A DNA stretch of 64,000 nucleotides from an uncultured Candidatus Rokubacteria bacterium (GTDB taxonomy: Bacteria > Methylomirabilota > Methylomirabilia > Rokubacteriales > CSP1-6), in contig CAVVEU010000008.1 of NCBI GenBank assembly GCA_963747235.1, positions 448,001 to 512,000 of the forward strand. Reading direction: 5' to 3'. A program made the position numbers and the translations under genes. The notes below the pieces were generated by a model, which worked only from the letters and a program-made list of their open reading frames with translations, searched no databases and was not told where the DNA came from. This document shows positions 1 to 11,441 of the stretch, piece after piece (position 1 is the first letter of the stretch; the number at the start of each line of letters is the position of its first letter).

Positions 1-450
1 ACCGTGCTGGTGGACACCGTCCAGCTCGTGATGAAGCACCTCAAGGCGGTGGGCATCGACGCGCGGCTGGATCAGAAGGAGTACGGCGCGTATCAGGCGA
101 GCTGCCGGCTCGGGAAGTTCGACTCGATGGTGTTCGGGCCCCTGACCCCGTTCCTCGAGCCCGACAATTTCCTGTTCGGCCAGTACTACACCGGCGAGCC
201 GCGCAACCGGAGCCACGTCAAGGACCCGGCGCTCGACGACCTGCTCGTCCGGCAGCGGCGCGCCATGGACGTGAAGGCCCGCCGCGAGATCATCAACGAC
301 ATCCAGCGGCATCTCGCCAAGCAGCAGTACTACGTCCACGCGCCGACCCGGAGCTACATCGCGGTGTGGGACGGGGCGCTCAAGAACTACGGGCCGAACC
401 TGGGCTACGACTACGGCGGGCGGGTCATCACCGCCTGGCTCGACCGCTGA
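1..450 (+). CDS. ABC transporter substrate-binding protein, family 5 (C-terminal part, truncated by window start)
   Basis: LKAVGIDARL...DPALDDLLVRQRRAMDVKARREIINDIQRHLA...WLDR, typical family 5 SBP C-terminus. Confidence 0.85.
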   Translation, partial: TVLVDTVQLVMKHLKAVGIDARLDQKEYGAYQASCRLGKFDSMVFGPLTPFLEPDNFLFGQYYTGEPRNRSHVKDPALDDLLVRQRRAMDVKARREIINDIQRHLAKQQYYVHAPTRSYIAVWDGALKNYGPNLGYDYGGRVITAWLDR

Positions 451-457
451 TCGCGCG

Positions 458-1239
458 ATGATTCTCGCCGATCGTGTCGCGATCGTCACCGGCGCCGGCA
501 ACGGCATCGGGAAGGCCACCGCGCTGGCCCTCGCCCGCGCCGGAGCGCGCGTCGCCGCGGTGGACGTGGACGGGGGCGCGGCCAAGCTCACCGCGGACGC
601 CGCCGCGGCGCTCGGGGCCCGCGGAGCCTGGCGCTGGACACCGACGTGGGCGATCTGGCCGCCATCGACCGGATGGTCCAGCGGGTGATGGAGACGTTCG
701 GGCGGGTCGACATCCTGGTGAACAATGCCGGGGTCACGCGGCGCGCCTACATCATGGATCTCACCGAGCAGGACTGGGACCGCATCATGCGCGTCAACGC
801 CAAGGGCGTCTTCTTCTGCCTGCAGCGGGTGGCGCGCGAGATGATCCCGCGGCGGAGCGGCACCATCATCAACATCGCGTCCATCGCGGGGAAGGGCTAC
901 GCGGGCACCTCGAACGCGATCTACGCGGCCAGCAAGGGGAGCGTGATCTCGCTGACCCGCACCGCCGCGCTCCAGCTCGCCCGGCACGACATCAACGTGA
1001 ACGCGATCTGCCCCGGCATCACGGTCACCGCGCTGTCCGAGGCCAACGTGGCGGTCCGCGCCCGCGACGAGGGGTTGTCGCTCGAGGAGATGACGCGCCG
1101 GCGCAACGCGGTCATTCCGCTCGGGCGGCCGAACGACCCGGAGGACCTGGCCGCACTGGCGGTGTTCCTGGCCTCGCCGGGCGCGCGGAACATCACCGGC
1201 CAGTCCTTCAACGTGGACGGCGGCATCATCTTCGACTGA
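458..1239 (+). CDS. SDR family oxidoreductase (one apparent frameshift near 625)
   Basis: TGAGNGIG in the 458 frame; NNAG, YAASK and NVDGG in the 646 frame. Confidence 0.9.
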
Positions 1240-1262
1240 TTCCGGACCAAGGAGAGCTCACC

Positions 1263-2111
1263 ATGAACATCGGCGTCTCGGTGCCCCTGCCTGCCTATCT
1301 CGTGGACGTCGGGGCCATGGCCCGCAAGGCCGAGGAGCTCGGGTTCGAGTCCTTCTGGTGCGCGGAGCACCCGTTCATCCCGGTGCAGACCGCGAGCCGC
1401 TTTCCGGGCTCGGCGGACGGCGTCATCCCGGAGGAGTACTCGCACTTCGTGGATCCCTTCGTGGCGCTCGCGCGCGCCTCGGGGACGACCAGCCGCATCA
1501 AGCTCGCCACCGGCATCGTGCTGGTGCCGGAGCGGCATCCGCTGGTGCTGGCCAAGGAGGTGTCCACGCTCGATCTCTTCAGCGGCGGGCGCTTCCTGTT
1601 CGGCATCGGGGCGGGGTGGCTGCGCGAGGAGACGCAGATCATGGGCGGCGACTTCGACCACCGCTGGACCCAGACGCGGGAGTCGGTCCTGGCCATGAAG
1701 GAGCTGTGGACGAAGACCGACGCCGAGTACCACGGCAAGTACTACGATTTCCCGCCGGTGCGCTCGTATCCCAAGCCGGCGCAGAAGCCGCACCCGCCGG
1801 TGCTCCTGGGCGGCGGCGCGAAGAACGTGCTCCAGCGGGTGGCGTCGTGGGGCGACGGCTGGCTGCCCAACCGGGTGACGCCGGATCAGCTTCGCGAGAG
1901 CCGCGCCACGCTCGACCGGCTCGCCAAGGAGAACGGCCGCGATCCGGCCGCCATCACCATCTCGGTGCATGGCCAGCCCGCCGACCGGGACCTGGTGCGC
2001 CGCCTCCTCGACGCGGGCGCCACGCGCGTGATCATCCGGCCGGCCACGTCGAAGTCGGAGCCGGACATGGTGCGCGAGCTGACCCGCATCGCGGAGACGG
2101 TGATGCGGTAG
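1263..2111 (+). CDS. LLM-class (F420/FMN-dependent luciferase-like) oxidoreductase
   Basis: RBS AAGGAG; AEELGFESFWCAEH, DPFVALA, RFLFGIGAGW, PKPAQKPHPP. Confidence 0.9.
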   Translation: MNIGVSVPLPAYLVDVGAMARKAEELGFESFWCAEHPFIPVQTASRFPGSADGVIPEEYSHFVDPFVALARASGTTSRIKLATGIVLVPERHPLVLAKEVSTLDLFSGGRFLFGIGAGWLREETQIMGGDFDHRWTQTRESVLAMKELWTKTDAEYHGKYYDFPPVRSYPKPAQKPHPPVLLGGGAKNVLQRVASWGDGWLPNRVTPDQLRESRATLDRLAKENGRDPAAITISVHGQPADRDLVRRLLDAGATRVIIRPATSKSEPDMVRELTRIAETVMR

Positions 2112-2126
2112 GCCCCGGTCCCAGGA

Positions 2127-2929
2127 TCAGGCGTTCGGGATCCAGGGCCAGTACTTGGCGATCGCGCCGGCGTCCACGCGCAGGTCGGTGCCGGTGATCA
2201 TCTCCGCGTCGTCCGAGGCCAGGAAGACCACCGCGCGGGCGTAGTGCCGCGGGCTCGGCAGCTTCCCCATCGGGACCATCTTCGGGAAGTCGAGGCCGCG
2301 GGCGCGCGGCTCGGGCCGCGGGCGGCCCCAGGCCACCGCGCGATCGGCGGCCTCCTCGGTGTCGGTGGCGGTCGGCGTCAGGCTGTTCACCCGGATGCCG
2401 TGGCGGGCCAGGTCCATCGCGGCGGCGCGCGTGAAGTTGAGCAGCCCGCTCTTGCTGGTGGAGTAGGCGATGTTGCCGGCCTGGCCCTGGTGGCCGGCGG
2501 TCGAGACCACCACCACGATGTTGCCGCGCCGCCGCTGCTCCACCATGAGCCGGGCCACGTGCTTGGTGCAGAGGAACGTCCCGGTGAGGTTGACCGCGAT
2601 CTGGCGATTCCAGCGCTCGACCGGCATCTCGAGCACGCTCAGGCCGCCGAGGATGCCCGCGTTGTTGACCAGGATGTCCACGCCGCCGTAGGCGTCCCGG
2701 ACCCGCGCCACCATCGCTTCCACCTGGCTCTCGTCGGTGACGTCGCACGTGAGGCCCAGGGCCGTCGCGGCCCTGGCGCGTGATCGCCTCCGCGCACTGG
2801 AGCGGCGTTGTCCGGCGTCACGTCCACGCACACCACGGTGGCGCCCTCCTCGGCGAGGCCCTCCGCGATGCCGCCGCCGATGTTGGGGCTGGTCCCGGTC
2901 ACGATCGCGATCTTCTTCGCTAGACGCAC
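2127..2929 (-). CDS. SDR family oxidoreductase (frameshift near 2790-2810)
   Basis: GTG start MRLAKKIAIVTGTSPNIGGGIA; NNAG; YSTSK; ITGTDLRVDAG. Confidence 0.85.
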
Positions 2930-2937
2930 GGGCGGTC

Positions 2938-4669
2938 TCAGCCGACGCCGCCTGCGCAGCCCGAGCAGGCGGGCGAACAGGGCACCGGCCAGCGAGACGA
3001 ACATGATGATGCAGGCGACGACCACCGCCTCCTCGAACTTGCGCTGGGCGACGTAGTCGAGCTGGAGGATCGAGAGCGGGCGGTTGGCGCTGGTGGTGAG
3101 CAGGGCGAAGTTGCCGATGTTGCGCGCGGCGCCCACGAAGGTGATCATGCCCACCGCGAGCAGGGTCGGGGCCATCAGGCGCAGGACGATGCGGCGATAG
3201 GTCGTCCACCACGAGGCGCCGGCGATCCGCGAGGCCTCCTCGAGCTCGGCGCCGAGCTGCATGAGCCCGCTCTTGATGATCTGCACGCCGAGCGGCATGC
3301 CGGCGATGACGCCGGCGATGATCAGGAGCGCGGTGGTGCCGTAGAGCGGGCGCAGGAACGCCACGCCGAGGAAGAGCCAGAGCAGGGCCAGGCCCAGGAT
3401 GATGCCCGGCACCGTGAAGGGCAGCCAGGAGATGAAGTCGAGCACGCGGCGCCCCGCGTAGCGACGTGCGCACGACGATGTAGGCGATGAGCGAGTGGAC
3501 GAGCGATGGCGGCCACCGCGGTGCCGATCGACGAGCACGAGCGTGTTGTGGAGCGAGCGCAGGAACAGCTCGTCGGCCAGGACGGTCTGCCAGTTGGCGA
3601 GCGTCCACGGCTCCGGCGACGTGGAAGAAGCCGAAGAGCTTCATGAAGGTGCCGAGCAGCGCGAACAGCCACCGGGACCCCGAGCACCACCACGACCAGC
3701 CGCCAGCACGCCGATCGTGACGGGCCCGCGCGCACCGCCCGAGCGGCGTGGACCCGGTTCTGGAACTGGCCGGTGACCGTGGTGTAGCGCCGGCCCCGCG
3801 TCAGCCACTGCTGGGCGAAGACGAGCGGGAGCATGGCGGCCAGGATCACGACCGGCGAGCGCGGTGGCCGCGTCGTAGCGCGGCACGCGGGTGACGAGCA
3901 GGTCGTAGATCGTGGTGCTGAAGACGAAGAAGCGGAAGGGCAGGCCCAGCACCTGCTCCACCTCGAAGGTCTGGAGCGACACCATGGTGCCGAGCAGCAG
4001 CACCGACAGGATGACGGGGGCCATGACCGGCACCGTGATGCGCAGCGCGGTGCGGAGCGTGCCCGCGCCGGCCACCCGCGAGGCCTCCTCGAACGCCGCG
4101 TTCATGTTGCGGAACGCGGGGGTGAGGAGGATCACCTTGACGGTCAGCGAGCCGGTCACGATGTGGACCCAGACGATGCCCCAGAACGAGTAGATGTTGA
4201 ACGGGCCCGCGCCCACGAACGGCAGCGCGGCGATCGAGGTGTTGACCAGGCCGTACTCCGGATCGAGGAGCAGGATCCAGCTCGAGCGTCACGGTGAACG
4301 GCGGCAGGAAGAAGGCGGCCCAGAACGCGAACTCGATCCAGCGAGCGGCCGGGCAGGTCGGTGCGGGCGAGGAGCCAGGCGATGAGCACGGCGAGCGGCA
4401 GCGAGATGAGCTGGCGCGCGAAGGTGACGGTGAGCGTGTTGACGAGGGCGGCGCGGAGGCCGGGCTCGCCGAGCGCGGCCCGCCACCCGTCGAGGCCGTA
4501 GCGGGCCGGCTGGCCCGGCGGCGCGACCTGCAGGCTCTGCAGCGCGACCAGGAGCAGCGGGAACACCACGCAGAGGGCCACCGCGGCGAGCACGAGCGTG
4601 CACAGCACGCCCTGCAGCTCGAGCCGCCGCGGCCGCGGGGCCGGCGAGCGCTTCGCTCAGGCCGGCCAC
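2938..4669 (-). CDS. ABC transporter permease, FbpB/iron-thiamine type with two EAA loops (several apparent frameshifts)
   Basis: Hydrophobic segments across ORFs 4156-4608, 3641-4216, 3322-3849 and 2639-3538; EEASRVAGA and [11 protein letters not shown] motifs. Confidence 0.8.
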
Positions 4670-5804
4670 ACGCTCACCATCTCCGGCGGGAAGGCGAGCC
4701 GCACCCGCTCGCCCTCGCGCCACTCGCGCGCCCGGGTCAGGAGCAGCACGATGGCGTGCTCGCCGCCGAAGGTGACGCGGGCCTCGTAGCGGTCGCCCAC
4801 GAAGGACAGGGCGTCGATGGTGCCGAGGCAGCGTGGTGCGCGTCGGGAGCACCCGCGTCGTCCGGCGCCACCCGGATGTCCTCGGGGCGGATCGCGATCG
4901 TCGCGGCCGTCGCCCGGCGCGAGCGCGGCCTCCGCCGCGTGGCGGCCGGTGAGCGTGCAGCCGCTCAGCGTTCCGTTCATCGCCACCGTGACGCTGCCGG
5001 CCGCCTGACCGGACGCGGGCGCCGCGACGCGCCCGCGTCAGCACCACGGTCTGGCCCAGGAAGTCGCGCACGAAGGCGGAAGTCGGGTGCTCGTAGAGCG
5101 CGCGCGGCGACCCGACCTGCTCCACGCGCCCGCGGTGCATCACCGCGATGCGGTCGGAGAGGCTCAGCGCCTCGACCTGGTCGTGGGTGACGAACAGCAC
5201 CGTGATGCCGAGCCGGCGCTGCAGCAGCTTCACCTCGACGCGCATCTGCTCGCGCAGCTTGGCGTCCAGGTTGCTGAAGGGCTCGTCGAGCAGCAGGAGA
5301 TCGGGCTCGTAGACCAGCGCCCGGCAGAGGGCCAGGCGCTGCATCTGCCCGCCGCTCAGGAGCGTGCCGGGGCGCGCCTCCATGCCGCCCAGGCCCACCA
5401 GGTCGAGGACGCGCGTCGACCTTCTCCCGCACCGCGGCCTTCGGGAGGCCGCGGAGCTGCAGCGGGTAGGCGACGTTCTCGAACACGGTCATGTGGGGCC
5501 AGACCGCGTAGGACTGGAAGACCATCCCGAGGTTGCGCTGGTTGGGCGCCACGAAGTGCCGCCGGTCCGCGGAGGCCACCACCCGGTCGCGCAGGGTGAT
5601 CTCGCCCGCGTCGGGGCGCTCGAGGCCGGCCACGAGCCGCAGCGTGGTGGTCTTGCCGCAGCCGCTGGGGCCGAGCAGGGTGAAGACCTCGCCGCGCCGG
5701 ATGGACAGGGAGACGGAGTCCACCGCGGCCGCCTCGCTGAACCGCTTGCTGACGCGGTCGAGCGCGAGGACCGTCTCGCCGACGCCGGGCTCCTGCGCGC
5801 CCAC
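4657..5804 (-). CDS. ABC transporter ATP-binding protein, PotA/FbpC type with TOBE tail (frameshifts)
   Basis: Walker [35 protein letters not shown]. Confidence 0.9.
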
Positions 5805-5808
5805 TCCC

Positions 5809-6911
5809 CTACTTGATGACCGCCTTGGCGATGTCCTGCGTCTTGACGACCTCGGCCAGGTTCTCCTCGGCGTCCACCTGCAGCAGCTTGGCGTTGCGGG
5901 GGACCGTGATCTGCGGATTGCCCGGCTCCACGCCGATCCGCCGGCTGTTCGTCTCGACCTCGCGGGCCCACACGATCTGGGCGTCCTTGGTGAGCAGCCA
6001 GTTGATGAAGACCTTGGCCGCGGCGGGATGCGGCGCCCGGTTGACCAGCCAGACGACGCTGCTGCTGGAGTTGACGGTGTCCATCTCGGGGAAGTGGAAG
6101 GTCTTGAGGTTCTTGCCGAGCCCCTGCTTCTGGAACTGGCCCAGCAGCAGCGGGTTGACCCCGAGCGCGATCGGGTAGCGGCCGCGCACCATGAACTCGG
6201 CGATCTGCCGGGTGTCGCGGCTCAGCGCCGGCTCCTGGTCCACGAAGAGCTTCTTGATGATGTCGTCGCCCAGGTTGAGGCGGGCGCTCGTCATGGACCA
6301 GAACGAATCGCCCATCGTGCGCACGTCGGGCAGGAGCAGCTTGCCCTTCCACCGGGGATTCAGCAGGTCGGTGAGGCCCTTGATCTCGTCCTTCACCAGG
6401 TCGGTGTTGATCGTGATGCCCGCGCCGCGCACCGCGCAGAAGCCGTAGGCGAGCGCGCGATCCTTCACCGCCGCGAAGCCGCGCTCGAAGCCACCCTCCC
6501 AGCCCGCGTCGTCCAGCGCCTCGGGCAGCACGATGGCCGGGCGCACCGGATCCCACACGCCGGCCGGGCGCAGCACCTGGAGCGCGGTGCTGGTCGGGAT
6601 CATGGCCACGTCCCAGGTGAAGAGGCTCGCCTGGCGCTCCTGGATGATGCGCGGGGCGAAATCCTGCGAGTGCAGGCTGGTGTGCTCGAGCTTGATGTCG
6701 GGATAGGCCTGGGTGAAGGCCTTGAGCGCGCGCTTGTAGCCGTCGCCGGGGAAGGTGTTGACGACGACCTTGCCCTCCTTCTTCGCCGCGGCCACGGCCT
6801 GCTGCCATTCCGGTGGCGTCGACGGCCGCGCGGGCCGGCGTCGCGCGCGTGAGCGCGGCCGCGCCGCCGCAGGGCCAGGGTCCGGAGCAGCCGTCGCCGG
6901 CTGATCGTCAT
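5809..6911 (-). CDS. ABC transporter substrate-binding protein with Tat-like signal (frameshift after signal peptide)
   Basis: MTISRRRLL; WQQAVAAAKKEGKVVV; DLLNPRWKGK; APHPAAAKVFINWLLT. Confidence 0.85.
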
Positions 6912-8216
6912 CGGCCGGCCCTCCGCGCTCCTGCCCCCGCCGTGCTCCTGGAGGTAGCGGACCGAGACCCGCTCGAGCGGCACCGCGTCCGGCGAGAGGC
7001 CGTCCGGGTTCTTGTACTCGAACGGGGCGTCGCGGCCGCCGAACTGCTTGGTCACCACCAGCCGGCGCCACTGGATCACCTCGGCGTCGGTGGCCGAGAG
7101 CTTCTCCGGGCTGTCGTAGCGCTGGTTGATCATCACCCGCTCGTCCTGGCGCGAGAAGTTGTACTCGATGATCCACCGGTGGATCGCGGCGTAGGCCAGC
7201 CGCTCCACGATCCGGCCGAGCGCGCTCTTGGGGCGCAGGCAGTGGTAGTACCACACGCGCGTGAGGTGCTCCTCGACCGGCACGCACATGCGGGTGTAGA
7301 GATCCCAGCCGAACTCGGCGCGGAACATGCCGGGCAGGTGATGGCCGCCGCACCAGCGGGCGGACCGCGGCGGCGGAATGTGGCGGCGCGCGCGCTCGGC
7401 GAGCGGCCGGGTCAGCCAGGTCCAGAGGCGCCGGTACGTCGTCTTCGGCCACTTCCGGCCGTCGGCATACATGTCCTGGAGCGGGTTCTGCCGCATGTAG
7501 TTGCTCTCGGCCACGTCGCCGCCGAAGCCGTTGCCCACGAAGATGGGGTGCTCGCCCTGGGCGCCGCGCGCGATGAAGCCGCTGCGGGCGACCACCACCG
7601 CGTTGCGGTGCACGTAGTTGACGTGGGAGTCCATCGAGTTCTCGAGCGCGACCTCCCAGTTGCACCGCCAGTGCACCTGGCCGATGAGGATGAGGGTCTC
7701 CTCGTCGAAGAACTCCTCGGGCACGTCCTCCTCGATGGGGGCGGGCGGGCCCTCGCCGATCCACACGAAGACGAGGCCCTTGAGGGTGCGGGTCGGATAG
7801 GCCTTCGCCTCGGTGCCGGCCTTGCCGCACACGCCCGAATTGGGGCCCTCCGAGAGCACCATCACGTTCTTGCCCGACTCGTCGTAGACCCAGCCGTGGT
7901 ACGGGCAGGCCACCGTCCCGCGATAGTGGCAGTCGCCCTCGCTCAGGCGCGCGCCGCGATGCGGGCAGATGTCCTGGATGGCGGCCACCTCGCCGGCGGC
8001 GCCGCGGAACAGGCAGATCTCCTCGCCGAGCAGGGAGACCTTCACCGGCTTCCGATGCCCGACGGTGCGGTCCTCGATGGCCGGGTACCAGTAGTTGCGC
8101 AGGCCGAGCTTCGGGATCAGGTGGCGGATGTCGCCGCTGAGCCGGGGGACGCCGTTGGTCGGGGCCGCGTCGGCGACGTGGAGACGGGACGTGGGTTGCG
8201 AAGTAGGTGTCGGCAC
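6908..8216 (-). CDS. Rieske non-heme iron aromatic ring-hydroxylating oxygenase alpha subunit
   Basis: RBS GAGGAGG; LRNYWYP; Rieske CPHRGARLS...CPYHGW; ENSMDSHVNYVH; likely stop TGA overlapping next ATG after a 3' frameshift. Confidence 0.88.
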
Positions 8217-8226
8217 GCCGACCTCC

Positions 8227-9284
8227 TCAGGGCATGAACGTGGCGAAGCACTTGTTCGAGTTGAAGGACCAGGTCTCGATGAAGTCGCACTCGTCCGGCT
8301 TGCGCCCCAGGGCCTCCATGGCGCCGACCAGCATGTACCAGTTGAGCATCTCCTGCTGGCCCGACGTCTCGATGGCCTCGAGCGGCGTCTTGCGCCATGT
8401 TTCGTAGTCGCCCACGGCGCAGCGCCTCGTAGAGCCGCCGGTCCGACTCGATGTCCGGATAGAGCTGGTGGTGCTTGTCGGTGAGGAAGGCGTGCGACCA
8501 GCTCGACGAGGCGATGAGGGCGGTGCGCCAGGGGCTGTCGCGCATGACCCGCGCGGTCGCGGCGCCCACCTCCATGCAGCGCCGCGGCGACGGCGACGGC
8601 GGATCCAGGTCCGCCTCGGCGAGCGGGTTGGCGAGGCTGGCGCGCCCGCCGCGCTGGGCGATGACCCGGCGGCCGTAGCAGTTGACCTGGAACGCGACGA
8701 CCGGGTACGGGAAGCCGACGCGATCGTAGTCGAGGAACATGATCGTGTTCAGGAACGCGTGCGCGAGGCCCGGGTAGTGCAGGGGCTTGTAGGCGTAGGC
8801 CATGTCCACGCCCTGCTCGAGGAGCCCGGTCGCCAGGTACTTGCCGGCCTGGCGGTGCCCCGCGATGCGGAACGTGGTGTCGGCGGGCTCGTTCCAGACG
8901 TTCGGCGCCGACGCCGGAGCGCTGCCACGGGCGCGCCTCGATCTGATCATAGGCCAGCACGCAGAAGGGCGGGATCACGTCCTCGGTGAAGTTCTCGTGC
9001 TGGTCGTCGCCCCAGACGATCACCACGTCCGGGCGGAAGTCGTCGAGGATGCGCCGGGCCTTCCGGAAGTGCTCGACCAGCGCCTCGCGGTGGCCGGCCG
9101 CGCTCGCGGTGCCGCCGTCGGCGCCGTATTCCTCGCGCATCGCGGCCGGCCAGCTCGCGGGATCGCGGTAGCGCGCCGGGAGGCCGGGGTCCTGCTGGAC
9201 CCGGCGCAGGATCGCGGCCATGTTCTCGTCCAGGCCGGTGAGCGGCGGGTAATGCGTCATGCCCAGCCCGAGAATCTCGCCCAT
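8227..9284 (-). CDS. Class III extradiol ring-cleavage dioxygenase, LigB/MhpB-like (two frameshifts)
   Basis: GLGMTHYPPL; DFRPDVVIVWGDDQHENF; AHAFLN; IASSSWSHAFL; SGQQEMLNW. Confidence 0.85.
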
Positions 9285-9308
9285 GAGAGAGCTCCTCCGC
9301 GTCGGGGT

Positions 9309-9320
9309 GCAAGCGCTTGC
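9309..9320. promoter_or_regulatory. LacI-type operator palindrome GCAAGCGCTTGC
   Basis: Perfect 12-bp palindrome (context TGCAAGCGCTTGCG) resembling LacI/GalR operators, between the divergent lacI gene and the dioxygenase operon. Confidence 0.7.
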
Positions 9321-9323
9321 GCA

Positions 9324-9353
9324 ACCCTAGTCCGCCCGCCCGGGGCTTGTCAA
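9324..9353 (-). promoter_or_regulatory. Putative sigma70 promoter for the dioxygenase operon
   Basis: Minus strand TTGACA (9353-9348), N18, TAGGGT (9329-9324), immediately upstream of the operator. Confidence 0.55.
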
Positions 9354-9378
9354 GGCGCGCTATACTCGGCGGCGTCCC

Positions 9379-10437
9379 ATGGCACGATCCAAGCCTCCGA
9401 GCGGCCGGCGGCAGTCCAGGCGACGCGGCGCGACCCCGGTCACGCTGCGCGACGTGGCCCGGGCGGTCCGGGTCGCCGCCTCCACGGTGTCCCGCGCCCT
9501 GGCCGGCGACGCGCGCATCTCGCCGGCCACCCGGCGCGAGGTCGAGCGGGCCGCCCGCCGCCTGGGCTACGCGCCCAATGCGCTGGCGCGCGGGCTGGCC
9601 GGGGGCGGGGCCGACGTCCTCGCGGTCGTGGTCCCGCGGACCGCGGAGTACACGTTCACGAGTCCGTTCCACCTGGCCGCGCTCAAGGGCGTGAGCCGGG
9701 TGCTCCAGGAGTCGGGCCACCTCCTGCTGCTGTCGTTTCTCGAGGATCGGGATTACGTGGCCCTGCACCGCAGCGGTCTCTGCCGCGGGGTGATCGTGCT
9801 GATGTCGCGCACCGGGGATCGGCGGATCGCGGCGCTGGCCCGGCACCGCGTGCCCACCGTGCTGATCCCGGGCGATGCCTCGCTGCCGAGCGTCACGTCG
9901 CTCACCTTCGACGTCGCGGGGAGTACCGCCGCGGCCACCCGGCACCTCCTGGCGCTCGGCCATCGCCGGATCGGATTCGTCGGGGGCGTGCCGAGCTCGC
10001 TCCTGCATCGCGACCGGCTCGCCGCCTTCCGGCAGGCCCTGGTCGCGGGCGGGGTGCCGGTGGATCCCGCGCTCGAGGCGGAGACCAACTTCACGGCCGC
10101 CGAGGCCTATGACCGAGCGCTCGATCTGCTCCGGCGGCCGGAGCGCCCGACCGCGCTCCTCTGCAGCAACGACGTGATGACCGACGCCGCCCTGGCCGCC
10201 GCGCAGCACCTGGGCCTGAGCGTGCCGGGCGATCTCTCGCTGGTGAGCCTGGCCGGACTGCCCGGCCCGCGGCCCGGCGCGCCGGCCATGGCCCGGGTGA
10301 TCCTCGACTTCGAGCAGGCCGGCGCCACTGCGGCCACGCTCCTGCTGAAGCTCGTCGCGGACCCCACCGCGCCGGCGGAGGCGGTGCTGCTGCCGGCGGA
10401 GTTCGACCCGCGCGGGTCCATCGCCCGGCCGGGCTGA
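9379..10437 (+). CDS. LacI family transcriptional regulator
   Basis: VTLRDVARAVRVAASTVSRAL...LGYAPNALARGL; HLLALGHRRIG; ALLCSND. Confidence 0.95.
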   Translation: MARSKPPSGRRQSRRRGATPVTLRDVARAVRVAASTVSRALAGDARISPATRREVERAARRLGYAPNALARGLAGGGADVLAVVVPRTAEYTFTSPFHLAALKGVSRVLQESGHLLLLSFLEDRDYVALHRSGLCRGVIVLMSRTGDRRIAALARHRVPTVLIPGDASLPSVTSLTFDVAGSTAAATRHLLALGHRRIGFVGGVPSSLLHRDRLAAFRQALVAGGVPVDPALEAETNFTAAEAYDRALDLLRRPERPTALLCSNDVMTDAALAAAQHLGLSVPGDLSLVSLAGLPGPRPGAPAMARVILDFEQAGATAATLLLKLVADPTAPAEAVLLPAEFDPRGSIARPG

Positions 10438-10440
10438 GCG

Positions 10441-11208
10441 CTACTGCCCGCCGGTCACGTCGATGGTGACGCCGGTGACGAAGTCGGCGTCGGACGAGGC
10501 CAGGAAGCAGATGACCCGCGCCTGGTCCTCCGGCGTGGCCACCCGCCCGAGCGGGGTGCGCTTGATCTCGGCCGCCTGCCCCTCCGGCGTCCGGCGCTCC
10601 CAGTGCGGCCGGATGCGCTCGGAGAGCGTGAGGCTCGGCGCGATCGCGTTGACCGTGACGCCGTGGGGGCCCAGCTCGAAGGCCAGCTTGCGGGTGAGCG
10701 CGATGATGCCGCCCTTGGCGGTGGCGTAGGCGCTCGAGCTCTCGCGGCTCAGGCCGCGCCCGGCGATGGATGCCAGGTTGACGATCTTGCCGCTCCGCTG
10801 CCGCTTCATCACCGGGATCACCGCGTGGGAGAAGAGGAAGGTCCCGGTCAGGTTGAAGTGGATCAGCTTCTGCCACTCCTCGAGCGTGAGCTCGTCCAGC
10901 AGGGCGGCGGGGCGGCTGACGACGGTGCTGCCGCCCACGCCGTTGACCAGGATGTCGATGCGCCCGTAGGCCTCGACGGCCTGCCGGACCGCGCCCTCCA
11001 CGGCCGCCGCGTCGAGGGCGTCGGCGCGCACCGCGAGGGCGCGGCCGCCCGCGGCCACGACGTCGGTGGTCAGCCGCTCGAGCACGGTCGGCTCCAGGTC
11101 CACGCCCACCACGGTGCCGCCTTCGCGCGCGATGATCATCGCGGTCGCGCGGCCGATGCCGGCTCCCGCCGCCGAGATCAGCGCCACCTTGCCCTGGAAT
11201 CGCGTCAT
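10441..11208 (-). CDS. SDR family oxidoreductase
   Basis: SAAGAGIG, YATAK, PLGRVATPED, DVTGG. Confidence 0.9.
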   Translation of the reverse strand: MTRFQGKVALISAAGAGIGRATAMIIAREGGTVVGVDLEPTVLERLTTDVVAAGGRALAVRADALDAAAVEGAVRQAVEAYGRIDILVNGVGGSTVVSRPAALLDELTLEEWQKLIHFNLTGTFLFSHAVIPVMKRQRSGKIVNLASIAGRGLSRESSSAYATAKGGIIALTRKLAFELGPHGVTVNAIAPSLTLSERIRPHWERRTPEGQAAEIKRTPLGRVATPEDQARVICFLASSDADFVTGVTIDVTGGQ

Positions 11209-11252
11209 GGCTCTCTCCTCCGAGCGGGACTATACCCCGAAGCCGGTTTAGA

Positions 11253-11441
11253 ATGGCGCCCGTGACCTACGACTGCGCGTTCTGCGGGGAAGAGAACGAC
11301 GTGTTCGCCGATGACAGCGGCGGGCGGCACCAGACGTTCACCGAGGACTGCACGGTCTGCTGCCGGCCGAATCTCATCACGCTCCAGTGGGACGACGACG
11401 GTGAGGTGCAGATCGAGGTCGTCCAGGAGTACGAAGCCTAG
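11253..11441 (+). CDS. CPXCG-motif cysteine-rich small zinc-ribbon protein (start may be GTG 11262)
   Basis: CAFCGEEN...QTFTEDCTVCCRPN. Confidence 0.8.
   Translation: MAPVTYDCAFCGEENDVFADDSGGRHQTFTEDCTVCCRPNLITLQWDDDGEVQIEVVQEYEA

Noticed and set aside
6600-9284. 894-aa dioxygenase-Rieske fusion
   Set aside because: The dioxygenase has its own stop (8227) and the Rieske gene its own RBS and GTG (8216); the fusion arises from frameshifts
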